From contig CAVUAK010000001.1 in assembly GCA_963739455.1 (NCBI GenBank), forward strand, positions 1,920,001 to 1,984,000: a stretch of DNA of 64,000 nt. Direction: 5' to 3'. A model generated the notes under the pieces. The model worked only from the letters and a program-made list of their open reading frames with translations. It was not told where the DNA came from and did not search any database. This document shows, piece after piece, positions 19,428 through 31,479 of the stretch. Within the stretch, counting starts at the first letter, position 1. Every line of letters starts with the position of its first letter. The stretch is from an uncultured Gemmatimonadales bacterium (GTDB lineage Bacteria; Gemmatimonadota; Gemmatimonadetes; Gemmatimonadales; GWC2-71-9). Made by a program: the position numbers and the translations under genes.

Positions 19428-19967
19428 ATGTCGCGTATCGGCAGGCGGCCGGTCACCATTCCGGCAGGCGTCACGCTGACGGTGGCCGGGTCCACCGTCA
19501 CGGTGAAGGGCCCCAAGGGCGAGCTCAAGCGCACCCTGAGCCCGGAACTCGGCTACAAGCTCGAGGGCTCCGAGTTCACGGTGTCACGCCCGAGCGAGGC
19601 GGAGAAGCACAAGGCGCTGCATGGCCTCAGCCGCACGCTGGTCGCCAACATGGTCGAGGGCGTGACCAAGGGCTACCAGAAGGTGCTCGAGATCCAGGGC
19701 GTCGGGTACAAGGCCGAGATGAAGCCGTTCGGGGTCAACCTGATCGTCGGCTACTCCCATCAGGTGCCGTTCAAGGCGCCCGAGGGGATCAAGATCACGG
19801 TCGAGAACAACACGGTGGTGAAGATCGAGGGCGCCGACAAGGAAAAGGTGGGCCAGGTGGCCGCCGAGATCCGGTTGGTGCGCAAGCCGGAGCCGTACAA
19901 GGGCAAGGGCATCCGGTACCAGGGTGAGCAGGTCCGCCGCAAGGCTGGCAAGACGGGAGCGAAGTAA
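19428..19967 (+). CDS. rplF: 50S ribosomal protein L6
   Basis: [22 protein letters not shown]. Confidence 0.99.
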   Translation: MSRIGRRPVTIPAGVTLTVAGSTVTVKGPKGELKRTLSPELGYKLEGSEFTVSRPSEAEKHKALHGLSRTLVANMVEGVTKGYQKVLEIQGVGYKAEMKPFGVNLIVGYSHQVPFKAPEGIKITVENNTVVKIEGADKEKVGQVAAEIRLVRKPEPYKGKGIRYQGEQVRRKAGKTGAK

Positions 19968-20339
19968 ATGCGCGCCATTCATTCTCCGAAGACGCGGAAT
20001 GACCGCCGCTACCGCCGGCACCTCCGGGTGCGGACGCGGGTGGCCGGCACGGCCGAGCGGCCGCGCCTCGTGGTGTTCCGCTCGTTGAAGCACATCTACG
20101 CGCAGCTCGTGAACGACGACCAGGGCGTGACGCTCCTGGGCGTCAGCGACGCGAGCGAGGGCGTGGACAGCACCACCGCGGGCAAGGTGAACCGGGCCAA
20201 GGCCACGGGAAAGCTGCTCGCCGAGAAGGCAAAGGCTGCCGGCGTCACCAAGGTCGTGTTCGACCGCGCCGGGTACCGGTATCATGGACGCGTGCAGGCG
20301 GTTGCCGAGGGCGCGCGCGAAGGCGGACTGGAGTTCTAA
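19968..20339 (+). CDS. rplR: 50S ribosomal protein L18
   Basis: [27 protein letters not shown]. Confidence 0.98.
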   Translation: MRAIHSPKTRNDRRYRRHLRVRTRVAGTAERPRLVVFRSLKHIYAQLVNDDQGVTLLGVSDASEGVDSTTAGKVNRAKATGKLLAEKAKAAGVTKVVFDRAGYRYHGRVQAVAEGAREGGLEF

Positions 20340-21022
20340 TGGCAGACGAACAGGGGTCGGGGGCTGCGGCTCCCGCAGCGACGGAAACGACTGAGCGTCC
20401 CGCGGGCGAGCAGCGCCAGCAGCGGGGCGGTGGTGGCGGCGGCGGTGGCCGGGGCCGGGACAATCGGGGCGGTGGTGGCGGTGGCCGTGGCGGTCGTGGC
20501 CGCGATCGCGAGCGTGAGCGCGACGGCAACGAGCTGGTCGAGAACGTGGTGGCGATCAACCGCGTGGCCAAGGTCGTGAAGGGTGGCCGCCGGTTCTCGT
20601 TCAACGCCCTCGTGGCGGTGGGCGATGGCCGTGGCCGGGTCGGGTTCGCGACCGGCAAGGCCAACGAAGTGTCCGAGGCGGTCCGCAAGGCGGTCGAGGC
20701 GGCCAAGCGCAGCATGGTCGAGGTGCCGCGCACGGGGTCCACGATCCCGCACGAGGTGATCGGTCATCACGGCGCGGGTGAGGTGCTCCTCAAGCCGGCC
20801 GCGACCGGTACTGGCGTCATTGCCGGTGGTGCCGTGCGGTCGGTGCTCGAGTGCGCCGGCATCACCGACATCCTGACCAAGAGCCTGGGCTCGAGCAACG
20901 CCCACAACATGGTGCGGGCCACGATGGACGGCCTTCGCCAGCTCGTGTCGGTGCGCCAGGTGGCCAGCGAGCGCGGCATCGAAGTCGACCAGCTCGCGTA
21001 CAAGCCGCGGCAGGGAGCGTAA
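20339..21022 (+). CDS. rpsE: 30S ribosomal protein S5 with a Gly/Arg-rich N-terminal extension
   Basis: [24 protein letters not shown]. Confidence 0.98.
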   Translation: MADEQGSGAAAPAATETTERPAGEQRQQRGGGGGGGGRGRDNRGGGGGGRGGRGRDRERERDGNELVENVVAINRVAKVVKGGRRFSFNALVAVGDGRGRVGFATGKANEVSEAVRKAVEAAKRSMVEVPRTGSTIPHEVIGHHGAGEVLLKPAATGTGVIAGGAVRSVLECAGITDILTKSLGSSNAHNMVRATMDGLRQLVSVRQVASERGIEVDQLAYKPRQGA

Positions 21023-21025
21023 ATC

Positions 21026-21286
21026 ATGGGTCGTAATCCGGCAGTCGGCCGTCAGGGCCCGGCGTATCATGCGGCCACGATTCCGTCGGAGCAGGACGCT
21101 GCGCGCCTCACGGTGAAGCAGATCCGCTCGACGATCGGGCATGCGGAGACGATGGCGCGCACGCTGCGCGCGCTCGGCCTCCGGCATCATCAGCAGACCA
21201 TTGAGGTGTCGAACACGGCTTCCGTGCGCGGCATGCTCTTCAAGGTGCGTCACCTCGTCGAGGTGACGCCGGTGGAGAAGAACTGA
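21026..21286 (+). CDS. rpmD: 50S ribosomal protein L30 (start uncertain)
   Basis: VKQIRSTIG...TLRALGL...VRGMLFKVRHLV; lies between rpsE and rplO. Confidence 0.93.
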   Translation: MGRNPAVGRQGPAYHAATIPSEQDAARLTVKQIRSTIGHAETMARTLRALGLRHHQQTIEVSNTASVRGMLFKVRHLVEVTPVEKN

Positions 21287-21741
21287 TGGCGGACGAGATC
21301 AAGCACCTCTCGCTCTCCAACCTGAAGCCGGCACGGGGCTCGACCCAGTCGCGCAAGCGCATTGGTCGTGGCGTCGGCTCCGGCATCGGCAAGACGTCGG
21401 GCAAGGGTCACAAGGGTCACAAGGCCCGTACGGGTGGCTCGACCAACCCCGGCTTCGAGGGCGGCCAGACGCCGCTGTACCGCCGGTTGCCGAAGCGCGG
21501 GTTCACCAACCCGTTCAAGGTGACGGCACAGCCGGTCAACCTGCGCAAGCTGAAGAAGCTCGCCGGCCAGGATGTCACGCCCGAGACGCTGTTCGCGGCC
21601 GGGCTGATCTCCAAGCAGGGCGTGCCCGCCAAGCTGCTCGCCGCCGGTGAGGCCGATCGTGCCTACACCGTGCGCGGCGTGCAGGTGTCGGCGTCGGCCA
21701 AGACCAAGATCGAGGCGGCAGGCGGCCGGGTCGAGGCCTAA
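21286..21741 (+). CDS. rplO: 50S ribosomal protein L15
   Basis: GRGVGSGIGKTSGKGHKG, FEGGQTPLYRRLPKRGF. Confidence 0.99.
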   Translation: MADEIKHLSLSNLKPARGSTQSRKRIGRGVGSGIGKTSGKGHKGHKARTGGSTNPGFEGGQTPLYRRLPKRGFTNPFKVTAQPVNLRKLKKLAGQDVTPETLFAAGLISKQGVPAKLLAAGEADRAYTVRGVQVSASAKTKIEAAGGRVEA

Positions 21742-23056
21742 GTGACTGCACCCAAGGTCCCGGGGCTCGCCATCGACGGCGAGCTTCGCCGGAAGCTCCT
21801 CTTCACGGCGCTCGCCCTCCTGATCTATCGCGTCGGCGCCCATATCGCGGCGCCGGGCGTGAACGTGCAGGCGCTCGCCGACTTCATCCGCAACTCGGGC
21901 GCGGCCGGCTTCTTCGGCCTCTACGACATGCTGGGCGGCGGCCTTTCCCGGGCCACCGTCTTCGCGCTCGGCGTCATGCCGTACATCTCCGCCTCCATCA
22001 TCTTCCAGCTGGCGGGCGGTGTCGTGCCGTCGATCGGCAAGATGCAGAAGGACGAGGAGGGCCGGAAGCGCCTGACGCAGTGGACCCGCTACACCACGGT
22101 CCTCATCGCGCTGACGCAGGCCTACACCTTCGCGCTCTTCACCGAGTCGATTCCCGGCGCATTCGCGAACCCCGGGTTCGCGTCGCGCATGATCATGGTC
22201 GTGACGCTCACGGCCGGCGCCATCTTCGTCATGTGGCTGGGCGAGCAGATCACGGAGCGTGGCATCGGCAACGGGCAGAGCCTGCTGATCACGTTCTCGA
22301 TCCTCGAGCGCCTCTGGCCCGCGACCATCCAGCTTGCCAGCTTCGTGAAGGGCGGGGTGGTGTCGCCGATCGGCGTGCTGTTCTACTTCGCCGTCACGGT
22401 GGCGGTCATCGCGGCGGTGGTGGCCATGACGATCGCGTCGCGCCGCATCCCGGTGCAGATCCCCCGGAAGGTCATGGGGCGTGGTCGCATCCGTGAGGGG
22501 CAGAAGACGTTCATCCCGATCCGGATCATCACGGCCGGCGTCATGCCGATCATCTTCGCCCAGACGATCATCATCGTGCCGGGCACGATCGCGAACTTCC
22601 TCAAGATCCCGGCGCTCTCGGACATGGCGGCGTTCTTCGCCCCCGGGACGGCGGCGTACAACATCGTGTTCGCCCTGATGATCGTGTTGTTCAGCTACTT
22701 CTACACCTCGATCATCTTCAACTCGGTCGACCTCTCCGAGAACCTGAAGAAGCAGGGCGCGTTCGTGCCCGGGCGTTCGTCCCGGTGCGGCCACGGCAGA
22801 CTACATCGACGCCGTCCTGGCCCGCGTGACGCTCCCGGGCTCGCTCTTCCTGGCCCTGATCGCGATCCTGCCGATGGTGGTGTCGCGGAAGCTCGGCATC
22901 CAGTCACAGTTCGGCGGCACCTCGGTGCTGATCGTGGTGGGCGTGCTGCTCGATACGATCGCCCAGGTCGACCAGCACCGCACGCTGCGCAAGTACGACA
23001 GCTTCATGAAGACCGGTCGCGTCAAGTTCCGGGGACGGCAGCAGCGGTTCATGTAG
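21742..23056 (+). CDS. secY: Preprotein translocase SecY (apparent +1 frameshift near 22772)
   Basis: ALGVMPYISASII, WLGEQITERGIGNG, GVMPIIFA. Removing one G restores FVPGVRPG...GGTSVLIVVGV. Confidence 0.97.
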
Positions 23057-23063
23057 GCGACGG

Positions 23064-23139
23064 AGTCATCAGTGGACAGTCGTGAGTCGTGAGTGTGCGG
23101 AGCGAAGGCCTCTGACGACTCACGACTCACAGCTTTTTC
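23064..23139 (+). terminator. Hairpin built from heptamer repeats followed by a T-run; putative terminator after secY
   Basis: AGTCATC AGTGGAC AGTCGTG AGTCGTG AGT; GTGAGTCGTGAGT (23082-94) pairs with ACTCACGACTCAC (23118-30); then AGCTTTTTC. Confidence 0.55.
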
Positions 23140-23155
23140 GGGGATGGGACAATCC

Positions 23156-23719
23156 ATGGACATACTGCTGATGGGGCCACCGGGGGCAGGCAAGGGCACG
23201 CAGGGCGCCCTTCTCGCCGAGGCACTCGGGCTCCCGAAGTTTGCGACGGGCGACCTGCTCCGCGATGCGGTGAAGCGGGGCACGCCGGTCGGGCTCAAGG
23301 CCAAGGCAGCCATGGAAGCCGGTCACCTGGTGAGCGATGAGATCATCATGGGAGTCATTCGCGATGAACTGGCGAAGCCGGAAGCCGCAAATGGCGTCAT
23401 TTTCGATGGCGTGGTGCGCACCATTCCGCAGGCGGAGGGAATGGAGCGGCTCCTCGCCGAGCGGAATCGGTCAATGGACCATGTGCTGTTCTTCGAGGTG
23501 ACCGACGAGGAGATCCTCGGTCGGCTCGTGAAGCGGCTGGAAATCGAGAAGCGGGCCGACGACGATCCCGCGGCCGTGGCCATCCGCCTCAAGGCATACC
23601 GCGACCAGACGGCTCCCGTCCTGGCCTTCTATGAGGCAAAGGGAATCGTGCGCCGCGTACCGGCGATCGGCGCGATCGACGGGATCGCCTCCCGGGTCCG
23701 GGCGGCCATCGGGCGGTAG
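23156..23719 (+). CDS. adk: Adenylate kinase, short-LID type
   Basis: GPPGAGKGTQ, ATGDLLR, DGVVRTIPQA, KRADD; follows secY. Confidence 0.95.
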   Translation: MDILLMGPPGAGKGTQGALLAEALGLPKFATGDLLRDAVKRGTPVGLKAKAAMEAGHLVSDEIIMGVIRDELAKPEAANGVIFDGVVRTIPQAEGMERLLAERNRSMDHVLFFEVTDEEILGRLVKRLEIEKRADDDPAAVAIRLKAYRDQTAPVLAFYEAKGIVRRVPAIGAIDGIASRVRAAIGR

Positions 23720-23723
23720 CAGA

Positions 23724-24480
23724 ATGATCACGCTCAAGTCCTCCAAGGAAATCGACGTGATGTCCCGGGCGGGCGACGTCGTCGCCCGGACCCTGGCCAT
23801 GCTGCGCGACATGGTGCGCCCGGGGCTCACCACCGAGGACCTCGACGCGGAGGCGGAGAAGTTCATCCGCAGCCACAAGGGCGCCAAGCCGTCCTTCAAG
23901 GGGCTGTACGGCTTCCCCAAGACCCTGTGTGTGTCCATTGACGAGGAAATCGTCCACGGCATCCCGTCCACCAAGCGGGTGCTCGCCGAGGGCAGCATCA
24001 TCAGCATCGACTGCGGCGTCTATCTGGAGGGGCTGCACGCCGATTCCGCCACGACCGTGGCGGTGGGCGCCATTTCGGCCGAAGCGCAACGGTTGATGGA
24101 CGTGACGCAGGAAAGCCTCGCCGCGGGGATACGTGAAGCCGTGGTGGGGAACCACATCGGCGACATCGGGCATGCGGTCCAGCAGGTGGCCGAGGGTGCA
24201 GGATACGGCGTGGTGCGGGAGCTGGTGGGGCACGGGATCGGCACGCGCTTCCACGAGGAGCCGCAGGTGCCGAACTACGGGCCGCCGAAGCGCCGTGAGC
24301 GGCTGGTGGCCGGCATGACCATCGCCATCGAGCCGATGATCACCGCCGGCGCGCCCGCAGACGAAGACACTGGCTGACAAGTGGACGGTGGTTACCGCCG
24401 ATGGGTCGTTGGCAGCACACTTCGAGCACACGGTGGCGATCACCAAGGAAGGACCGCGGATCCTCACCCGCGCGGCGTAG
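23724..24480 (+). CDS. map: Type I methionine aminopeptidase (apparent frameshift near 24353)
   Basis: EIVHGIP, IDCG...ADSA, GHGIG...HEEP, AIEPMI. After the shift the frame reads [23 protein letters not shown]. Confidence 0.96.
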
Positions 24481-25069
24481 CACCCCGCTTCATCGCCGCC
24501 TCGGCGGCAGCGCGAACAGTCGCAGCAGCCCCATCCTCCCCAAGATTCCGAAGGTCTGCTTCCACGTTGCCGAGCGCCGCCTGGGACGCAGCGGAGGCAA
24601 GGTGCCGCGCGGTTGCGAGATCTGCGCCCAGGGCAGGGCCTACCTCATTCTCCAATTCCCGCGCGAGTTCGCTCACCTCGGCACAATGCTCCATGAGGGC
24701 CACCTGCAACCGCGCCGCCGCGAGTTCGGCGTCGTGCAGCGGCACCGATGGCACTGTGCCTGCCGCTGCACGCCGGGCCGCCATGACCGCGGCATAGGCG
24801 CGGTCATCGGCCTCACCGATCGCCAGCATCAGGGGACGAAGGGCCGCCGCCCGTGCGGCGATCATCTCCGCCACGGGGTGGAGCGCGGCGCGCTTCGGCG
24901 ACCGCAGTACGATGCGGCCGATCTTCTCCACCAGTGCCGCAGCGAAGGCACCGGCGATCGATGCCACGCGTCCGCCGGCCGGCAGCGGCTGGGGCGAGGC
25001 CACCGCCTCGAGCCAGCGTCCGAGAGACAGCTGCTCGTCCCAGCGTTCGCGAGGAGGGGTGTCGCTCAT
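24464..25069 (-). CDS. Cyclodeaminase/cyclohydrolase (FTCD_C-like) family protein
   Basis: [33 protein letters not shown] resembles the FTCD_C N-terminal motif; also DDRAY and ALGNV; all-helical character. Confidence 0.7.
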   Translation of the reverse strand: MSDTPPRERWDEQLSLGRWLEAVASPQPLPAGGRVASIAGAFAAALVEKIGRIVLRSPKRAALHPVAEMIAARAAALRPLMLAIGEADDRAYAAVMAARRAAAGTVPSVPLHDAELAAARLQVALMEHCAEVSELARELENEVGPALGADLATARHLASAASQAALGNVEADLRNLGEDGAAATVRAAAEAAMKRGATPRG

Positions 25070-25090
25070 GCGGCCCCAGGCGCGGCGCGT

Positions 25091-25870
25091 CTATGCACAG
25101 ATGCCTCGAAGCCAGGCGTGCATGGCCGGGTTGCCCGCGATGGCCGACGTGTGCCGCAGCATGTCGTGGCTTCCCTCGTAATCGGTGACAACGCCGCCCG
25201 CCTCGCGCACGAGAGGTACCCGGCTGCCATGTCCCACGGCGCGAGGCGCTGCTCCCAGAAGCCGTCGAAGCGACCAGCCGCTACCCACGCGAGGTCGATG
25301 GCTGCGGCACCTGGCCGGCGGATGCCGCTCGTCGCTGCGGCCACGCGGATGAACTGCCGCTGGTACTCATCCATACGGCTGACGTCCTTGAAGGGAAACC
25401 CGGTGCCGATGAGCGCGAACTCCGGCGCCTCGATGCTGGAGACGGACAGCTGCTTCCCGGCGAGCGACGCACCCTCGCCTCGCACCGCCTCGAACTGCTC
25501 GTGGCCCGGCACGTCGAGCACGATGGCAGCCTCGAGCACGCCATCCACGGCCGCGGCGATCGATACTGCCCAGACCGGCACCCCGTGCAGGAAGTTGGTG
25601 GTGCCATCGAGTGGGTCGACGATCCAGACGAGACCGTCGCGCACCAGCTCGGGACTCAACTCCTCGCCCACGATGCGCCCGTGCGGTGTCGCCTTGCTCA
25701 GCACCTCCGTGATGAGCACTTCCGACGTCTGGTCCACTTCGGTGACGAAGTCTCGCTGGTCCTTGACCTGCCAGCCCGCGGGGCCGGCAGGCCGGGTCAC
25801 GCTGCGGAGGTACTCGGCTGCCCGGGCTGGCCGCGAGCCTGGCGGCGTGCAGTAAGTCAAATGATGACAA
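25091..25870 (-). CDS. suhB: Inositol monophosphatase family protein (two apparent frameshifts; start uncertain)
   Basis: DFVTEVD, GEE, WIVDPLDGTTNF, GAAAIDLAWVAAGRFDGFWE, PWDMAAG; EAGG in the next frame. Confidence 0.88.
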
Positions 25871-25874
25871 GGTC

Positions 25875-25904
25875 TTGCGACGCTCCGTGAGCTTTGGTTA
25901 CGTT
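25875..25904 (+). promoter_or_regulatory. Possible promoter for a leaderless trpS transcript
   Basis: TTGCGA-N18-TACGTT, 6 nt before the ATG, with no Shine-Dalgarno. Confidence 0.4.
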
Positions 25905-25910
25905 ACCAGC

Positions 25911-26922
<1,012 letters not shown>

Positions 26923-26926
<4 letters not shown>

Positions 26927-28035
26927 CCATGACGACGACGAAGGCAGAAGGCGCAATGGAGCGGATCATCCGGGCGGCAGTCGAGCGCGGGGCATCCGAC
27001 CTGCACATCAAGGCCGGTGACGTCTTCCGTGCCCGCATCGACGGCAAGCTCGTCCCGCTCACGAAGCAGCGACTCACGCCCGACCAGACCCGGGCGATTG
27101 CACTCAAGTTGCTGACCACCGATGAGGACCGCGCCCGCCTGGAATCGCTGCGCGACTACGACTGCTCCTGGGGCATGCCGGGTGTCGGCCGGTTCCGGGT
27201 GAACATCCTCCGGCAGCGCTCCTCCATCATGATCGTGATGCGGGTCATTCCGTTCGCGGTGCCGACGCTCGCGTCGCTCAACCTGCCGCCGCTGCTGGGG
27301 AAGCTGGTGGAGTCGGAGCGTGGCCTCCTGATCGTGGCGGGCATCAGCGGGGGCGGGAAGTCGTCGACGATGGCGGCGCTGGTGCACCACATCAACCAGA
27401 CGCAGCAGAAGCACGTTGTCACGGTGGAGAACCCCATCGAGTTCCTGCATCGCGACCTCACCTGTTCGGTGACTCAGCGTGAGGTGGGGGTCGACACCGG
27501 CACCTACGCGGCGGGGCTGCGCGCCGCGCTGCGGCAGGACCCTGATGTCGTGGTGATCGGCGAGCTGGTGGACGCGGAGACGGTTGCCACCGCCATCAAG
27601 GCGGCCGAGAGCGGCTTCCTGGTCATCACCTCGATGCCGACACCCGACGTGGCGACCACGGTCGAGCGCATCGTGTCCATGCTGCCCAAGGACGAGCGCG
27701 AGATCGGTCGCGTCCGTCTCGCCGAGTGCCTGCGCGGCGTCGTGGCGCAGCAACTGCTCCCGCGGAACGATGAACCGGGCAAGATCGTGGCTTGCGAGGT
27801 GCTTCTCAGCACGCCGGAGGTGCGGGCGGCGCTGCGGGACACGGCGCGGAACGAGGACCTCAAGGGTCTCATGACCGATGGTGCCGCTGTCGGCATGCAG
27901 AGCTTCGAGCAGGACCTGGCGGCGCTGGTTGCCGCTGGTCGCATCACTGCCGAGGCGGCGCGGGCGGCGACTCTTCCCAGCGCCACGCCACCACCGGCTG
28001 GTGTGCCGGAGCGGCGCAAGCGGTCCAAGGCATAG
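26923..28035 (+). CDS. PilT/PilU-family type IV pilus ATPase with atypical Asp and His boxes
   Basis: ASDLHI, RFRVNI, Walker A GISGGGKSST, QREVGVDT, ALRQDPDVVVIGE, GMQSFEQ. Confidence 0.85.
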
Positions 28036-28038
28036 CCG

Positions 28039-29128
28039 GTGACGCCGCGCGGCGCGCGGGCGCTCGTTACCAGTCTCATCGCCCACGGCCGCGAGGCAGG
28101 AACTCGTGACGCCGCATCTGCCCGCCCGCAGTGTCGCTCAGTTTCTCACTGAAATCGGCTACAATGTTCAGGAACACAGCCTTCCACTTCAATGCGGGCG
28201 TGTATCGCGCGCTGCCGATTTCGGGCGCGCTGCTCGCCGCGACTTCCCTGATCCAGATCCCGCTGCTACTCCGCCCGGCGCCAGCCTGGGCGCCGGTGAT
28301 TTCCCTGCTGCTGCTCGCGGCGCTGGTGGCCATGACCACCCTTGTCGTCCTGCGCGGCGACGGTGGACCGGACTATGCTCGCACGGATGCCAACCTCATC
28401 GCCAGCCGCGCGGGTCCCGGCGTTCGGTGCTGGCTGGTGGCGCACTGGATACCAAGGCGCAGGCTCAGTCGATGGCGGGGCGCCTGTGGACCGTATGGGT
28501 CACGGCAATCGCGCTGGGGGGCCTGACGTCCGTCGCAGTCGTGCGACTGCTTGGCGGCGCAGTGCCGGTGCCGCTGACCATGACGTCGGCCGCATTCGGG
28601 CTGCTGGGCGGGCTCCTGCTCACCGGCGGACGCCTGTCGGGCTCGTCCCCCGGTGCTCGCGACAACGGGTCAGGACTTGCTGGCGGTGCTCAGGGCGGCC
28701 GAGCTCAGCCACGACGCGTCGATCGGCGTGATCATCACTGGCGCGGAAGAGTTCGGGCTGGCCGGCGCTCGCGCCCTGGCGCGTGAGCACCCATCGCTCT
28801 TCACGCACGCGACCGTCGTGAACGTGGACACGATCGACGATGCGGGCACCCTGTTCGTGGTAGCCCACGACAGACAGGGCGGCGCCCTGGCTCACCGGGT
28901 CCTCGAACGGCTAGCCGGACTCGCCCCCGTAAGCCGGGAGCGCCGCCTCCCGATCGGCATCCTGGTGGACGGCGTCCCCCTGTCCGTGGTGGCCCGCGAG
29001 AGCGGTCACCGTGGGGCGCCTCAACTGGGCTACCCTGAAGCGGCTGCATACCCCCGGGGATGACGCCAATGGGTACCAGCTGGCGACTGCGGAACAGGTG
29101 GGGGAACGGCTGGCTCTGCCCGATTTGA
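28039..29128 (+). CDS. Membrane-embedded M28-family metallopeptidase (several apparent frameshifts; both ends inferred)
   Basis: Stitched frames give LVAHWDTK, PGARDNGSG, TGAEEFGLAG, NVDTI and LHTPGD, plus several hydrophobic TM segments. Confidence 0.7.
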
Positions 29129-29153
29129 CCCGCTGCTGCCCGGCCACTAGTTT
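29125..29153 (+). promoter_or_regulatory. sigma70-type promoter upstream of purA
   Basis: TTGACC-N17-TAGTTT. Confidence 0.55.
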
Positions 29154-29170
29154 CCGCCAAAGGATTCAGC

Positions 29171-29194
29171 AGCCCCGCGAGGGGCTTTTTTGTT
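29171..29194 (+). terminator. Intrinsic terminator-like hairpin just upstream of purA
   Basis: AGCCCC-gcga-GGGGCT followed by TTTTTGTT. Confidence 0.65.
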
Positions 29195-29212
29195 GCCATA
29201 AGGGGAAATGCC

Positions 29213-30498
29213 ATGTTCGACGCCGGCACCCGATGTGTCGTCGTAGTGGGAGCACAGTGGGGCGATGAGGGGAAGGGCAAGCTGGTCGACGTGCTCGCTG
29301 AGCGCGCCGACTTCGTGGTGCGCTACCAGGGCGGCGCCAACGCGGGTCACACCGTCGTCATCGGCAGTGACCTGTATGTGCTGCACCAGATCCCCTCGGG
29401 CATCCTCCATTCCCGTGCCACCTGCATCATCGGCAACGGCGTGGTGCTCGACGCCGAGCAGCTGTTCGTCGAACTGGACGACCTCACGAAGCGCAGCGCG
29501 ATCGCGAGCGGGCGGCTGCTGGTGTCCGACCGTGCGCACCTGGTGCTGCCCCTGCACAAGCAGCTGGACGTCGCCAGCGAGCGGAAGCAGAACATCGGCA
29601 CCACGGGGCGCGGCATCGGGCCCTGCTACGAGGACAAGGTGGGCCGTCGCGGCCTCCGAGTGGGCGAACCTCCGGAACCTCGAGAAGACCGCCGAGCTCC
29701 TGGCGGCGCGGGTCGACCGCGCCAATCACCAGTTGCACGAGATGGGCTGCACCGAGCGCGCGTCGCTCGACGAACATGTCGCGCTGATGGAGCGGCTGGC
29801 GCCGCGACTCCTGTCGCACGCAACCGATACCGGGCTGATCGTCGATCGCGCTGTGCGCCAGGGCAAGAGCGTGCTGCTCGAGGGTGCGCAGGGCGCGCTG
29901 CTCGATGTCGACCACGGCACCTATCCCGTACGTCACGTCGTCCAACACCACCGCTGGCGGTGCGGCGGTCGGCGCCGGCATCGGCCCGACGGCGATTCAC
30001 GGCGTGCTGGGCGTGGTGAAGGCGTACACCACGCGCGTCGGGCAATGGTCCGCTTCCCACGGAGGCGGAGCAGGCGGCGTCGGAGCAGCTGCGCACGCTG
30101 GGCGGCGAGTTCGGCGCCACCACCGGGCGTCCCCGTCGCTGCGGCTGGTTCGACGCGAGCGTGGTGCAGTACTCGGCACGGGTGAATGGCCTCACCGGGC
30201 TCGCCATCACCAAGCTCGACGTGCTCGACACCTTCAGCGAGGTGCCGGTCGGCACCGGTTACGACCTGGGCGGCGAGACCGTGCGAGGGCATGCCGGCCG
30301 ACGTCGAGGCGCTCGAGCGGGTGAAGCCGGTGTACCAGGTGCTGCCCGGCTGGAAGCGCTCGACTGGCGATGCGCGGAAGCTCACCGACCTGCCGTCCGC
30401 CGGCTCGCGCGTACCTCGACCGGATCGAGGAGTTGTCCGGCGTGCCCATCCGCTACGTGAGCGTCGGGACCCGCCGTGACCAGATCATCGAGGTCTGA
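29213..30498 (+). CDS. purA: Adenylosuccinate synthetase (about five apparent frameshifts)
   Basis: [61 protein letters not shown]. Confidence 0.95.
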
Positions 30499-31473
30499 TA
30501 CCCAGCTCCTCGTTGTCGGGGCCGGGCCCACCGGACTGTCGGTGGGCATTGCGGCGTCGAAGGCGGGGATCAGCTGCATACTGCTCGACCGCGCCACCGT
30601 GGTCAGCGCGATCGAGAAATATCCGCTCGGCATGACGTTCTTCTCCACGCCGGAGAAGATAGAAATCGGCGACATCCCCCTCGTCACCACCTCTGAAAAG
30701 CCAACGCGTCGCGATGGATTGATCTACTATCGCCGCGTCGCCGAGCACTATCATCTCGACGTACGCGTGCGCGAGACGGTAACTGCCATCACCCGCGAGG
30801 CCGATGGCACGTTCGTCGTTTCGGTGCGTCGCCCGCACGACTGAGGTCACCTATCGTGTGGATGCTGTCGTGATCGCCACCGGCTACTACGACCAGCCGA
30901 ATGCGCTAGGCGTGCCGGGCGAGGACCTGCCCCACGTGAGCCACTACTTCGTGGAGGGTCATCGCCACTGGCGCCAGAAGGTGGTGATCGTCGGCGGCGG
31001 CAACTCGGCGGTAGACGCGGCGCTCGAGAGCTGGCGCGCCGGCGCAGAGGTGACGATGATCCTTCGCGGCGACGGGCTGCACCCGACGGTGAAGGCCTGG
31101 GTGCTGCCCGGATATCACCAATCGGCTCACGGAAGGCAGCATCAAGGTCCGCTACCGTTCGCGGGTGCGTGCCATCACCGCGACGCATGTCAGCATTGCG
31201 AATGATCGTGGTGTCACCGAGGAGATTCCCGCCGACCGGGTCCTCCTGATGACCGGCTACCGCCCCGACCTCGGGCTGCTGCGCAGCCTGGGGGTGCCGA
31301 TCGACACCGAGTCGGGGGTGCCCGCGCACGACGAGGGCACGATGGCGACGCCGGTGCCGGGCCTGTACGTCGCCGGCGTCATCGCCGGTGGATACGATGA
31401 CAACCGACTCTTCATCGAGAACACCCGGCATCATGGAGAGCTGATCGTCGCCGATCTCCTTCGGCGAGGGTAG
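30476..31473 (+). CDS. YpdA-family FAD/NADPH oxidoreductase, putative bacillithiol disulfide reductase (two frameshifts; start uncertain)
   Basis: GAGPTG, YPLGMTFFSTPEKIEIG, KPTR, ATGYYD, GGGNSAVD, C-terminal LFIENTRHHG. Confidence 0.8.
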
Positions 31474-31479
31474 CACGCA

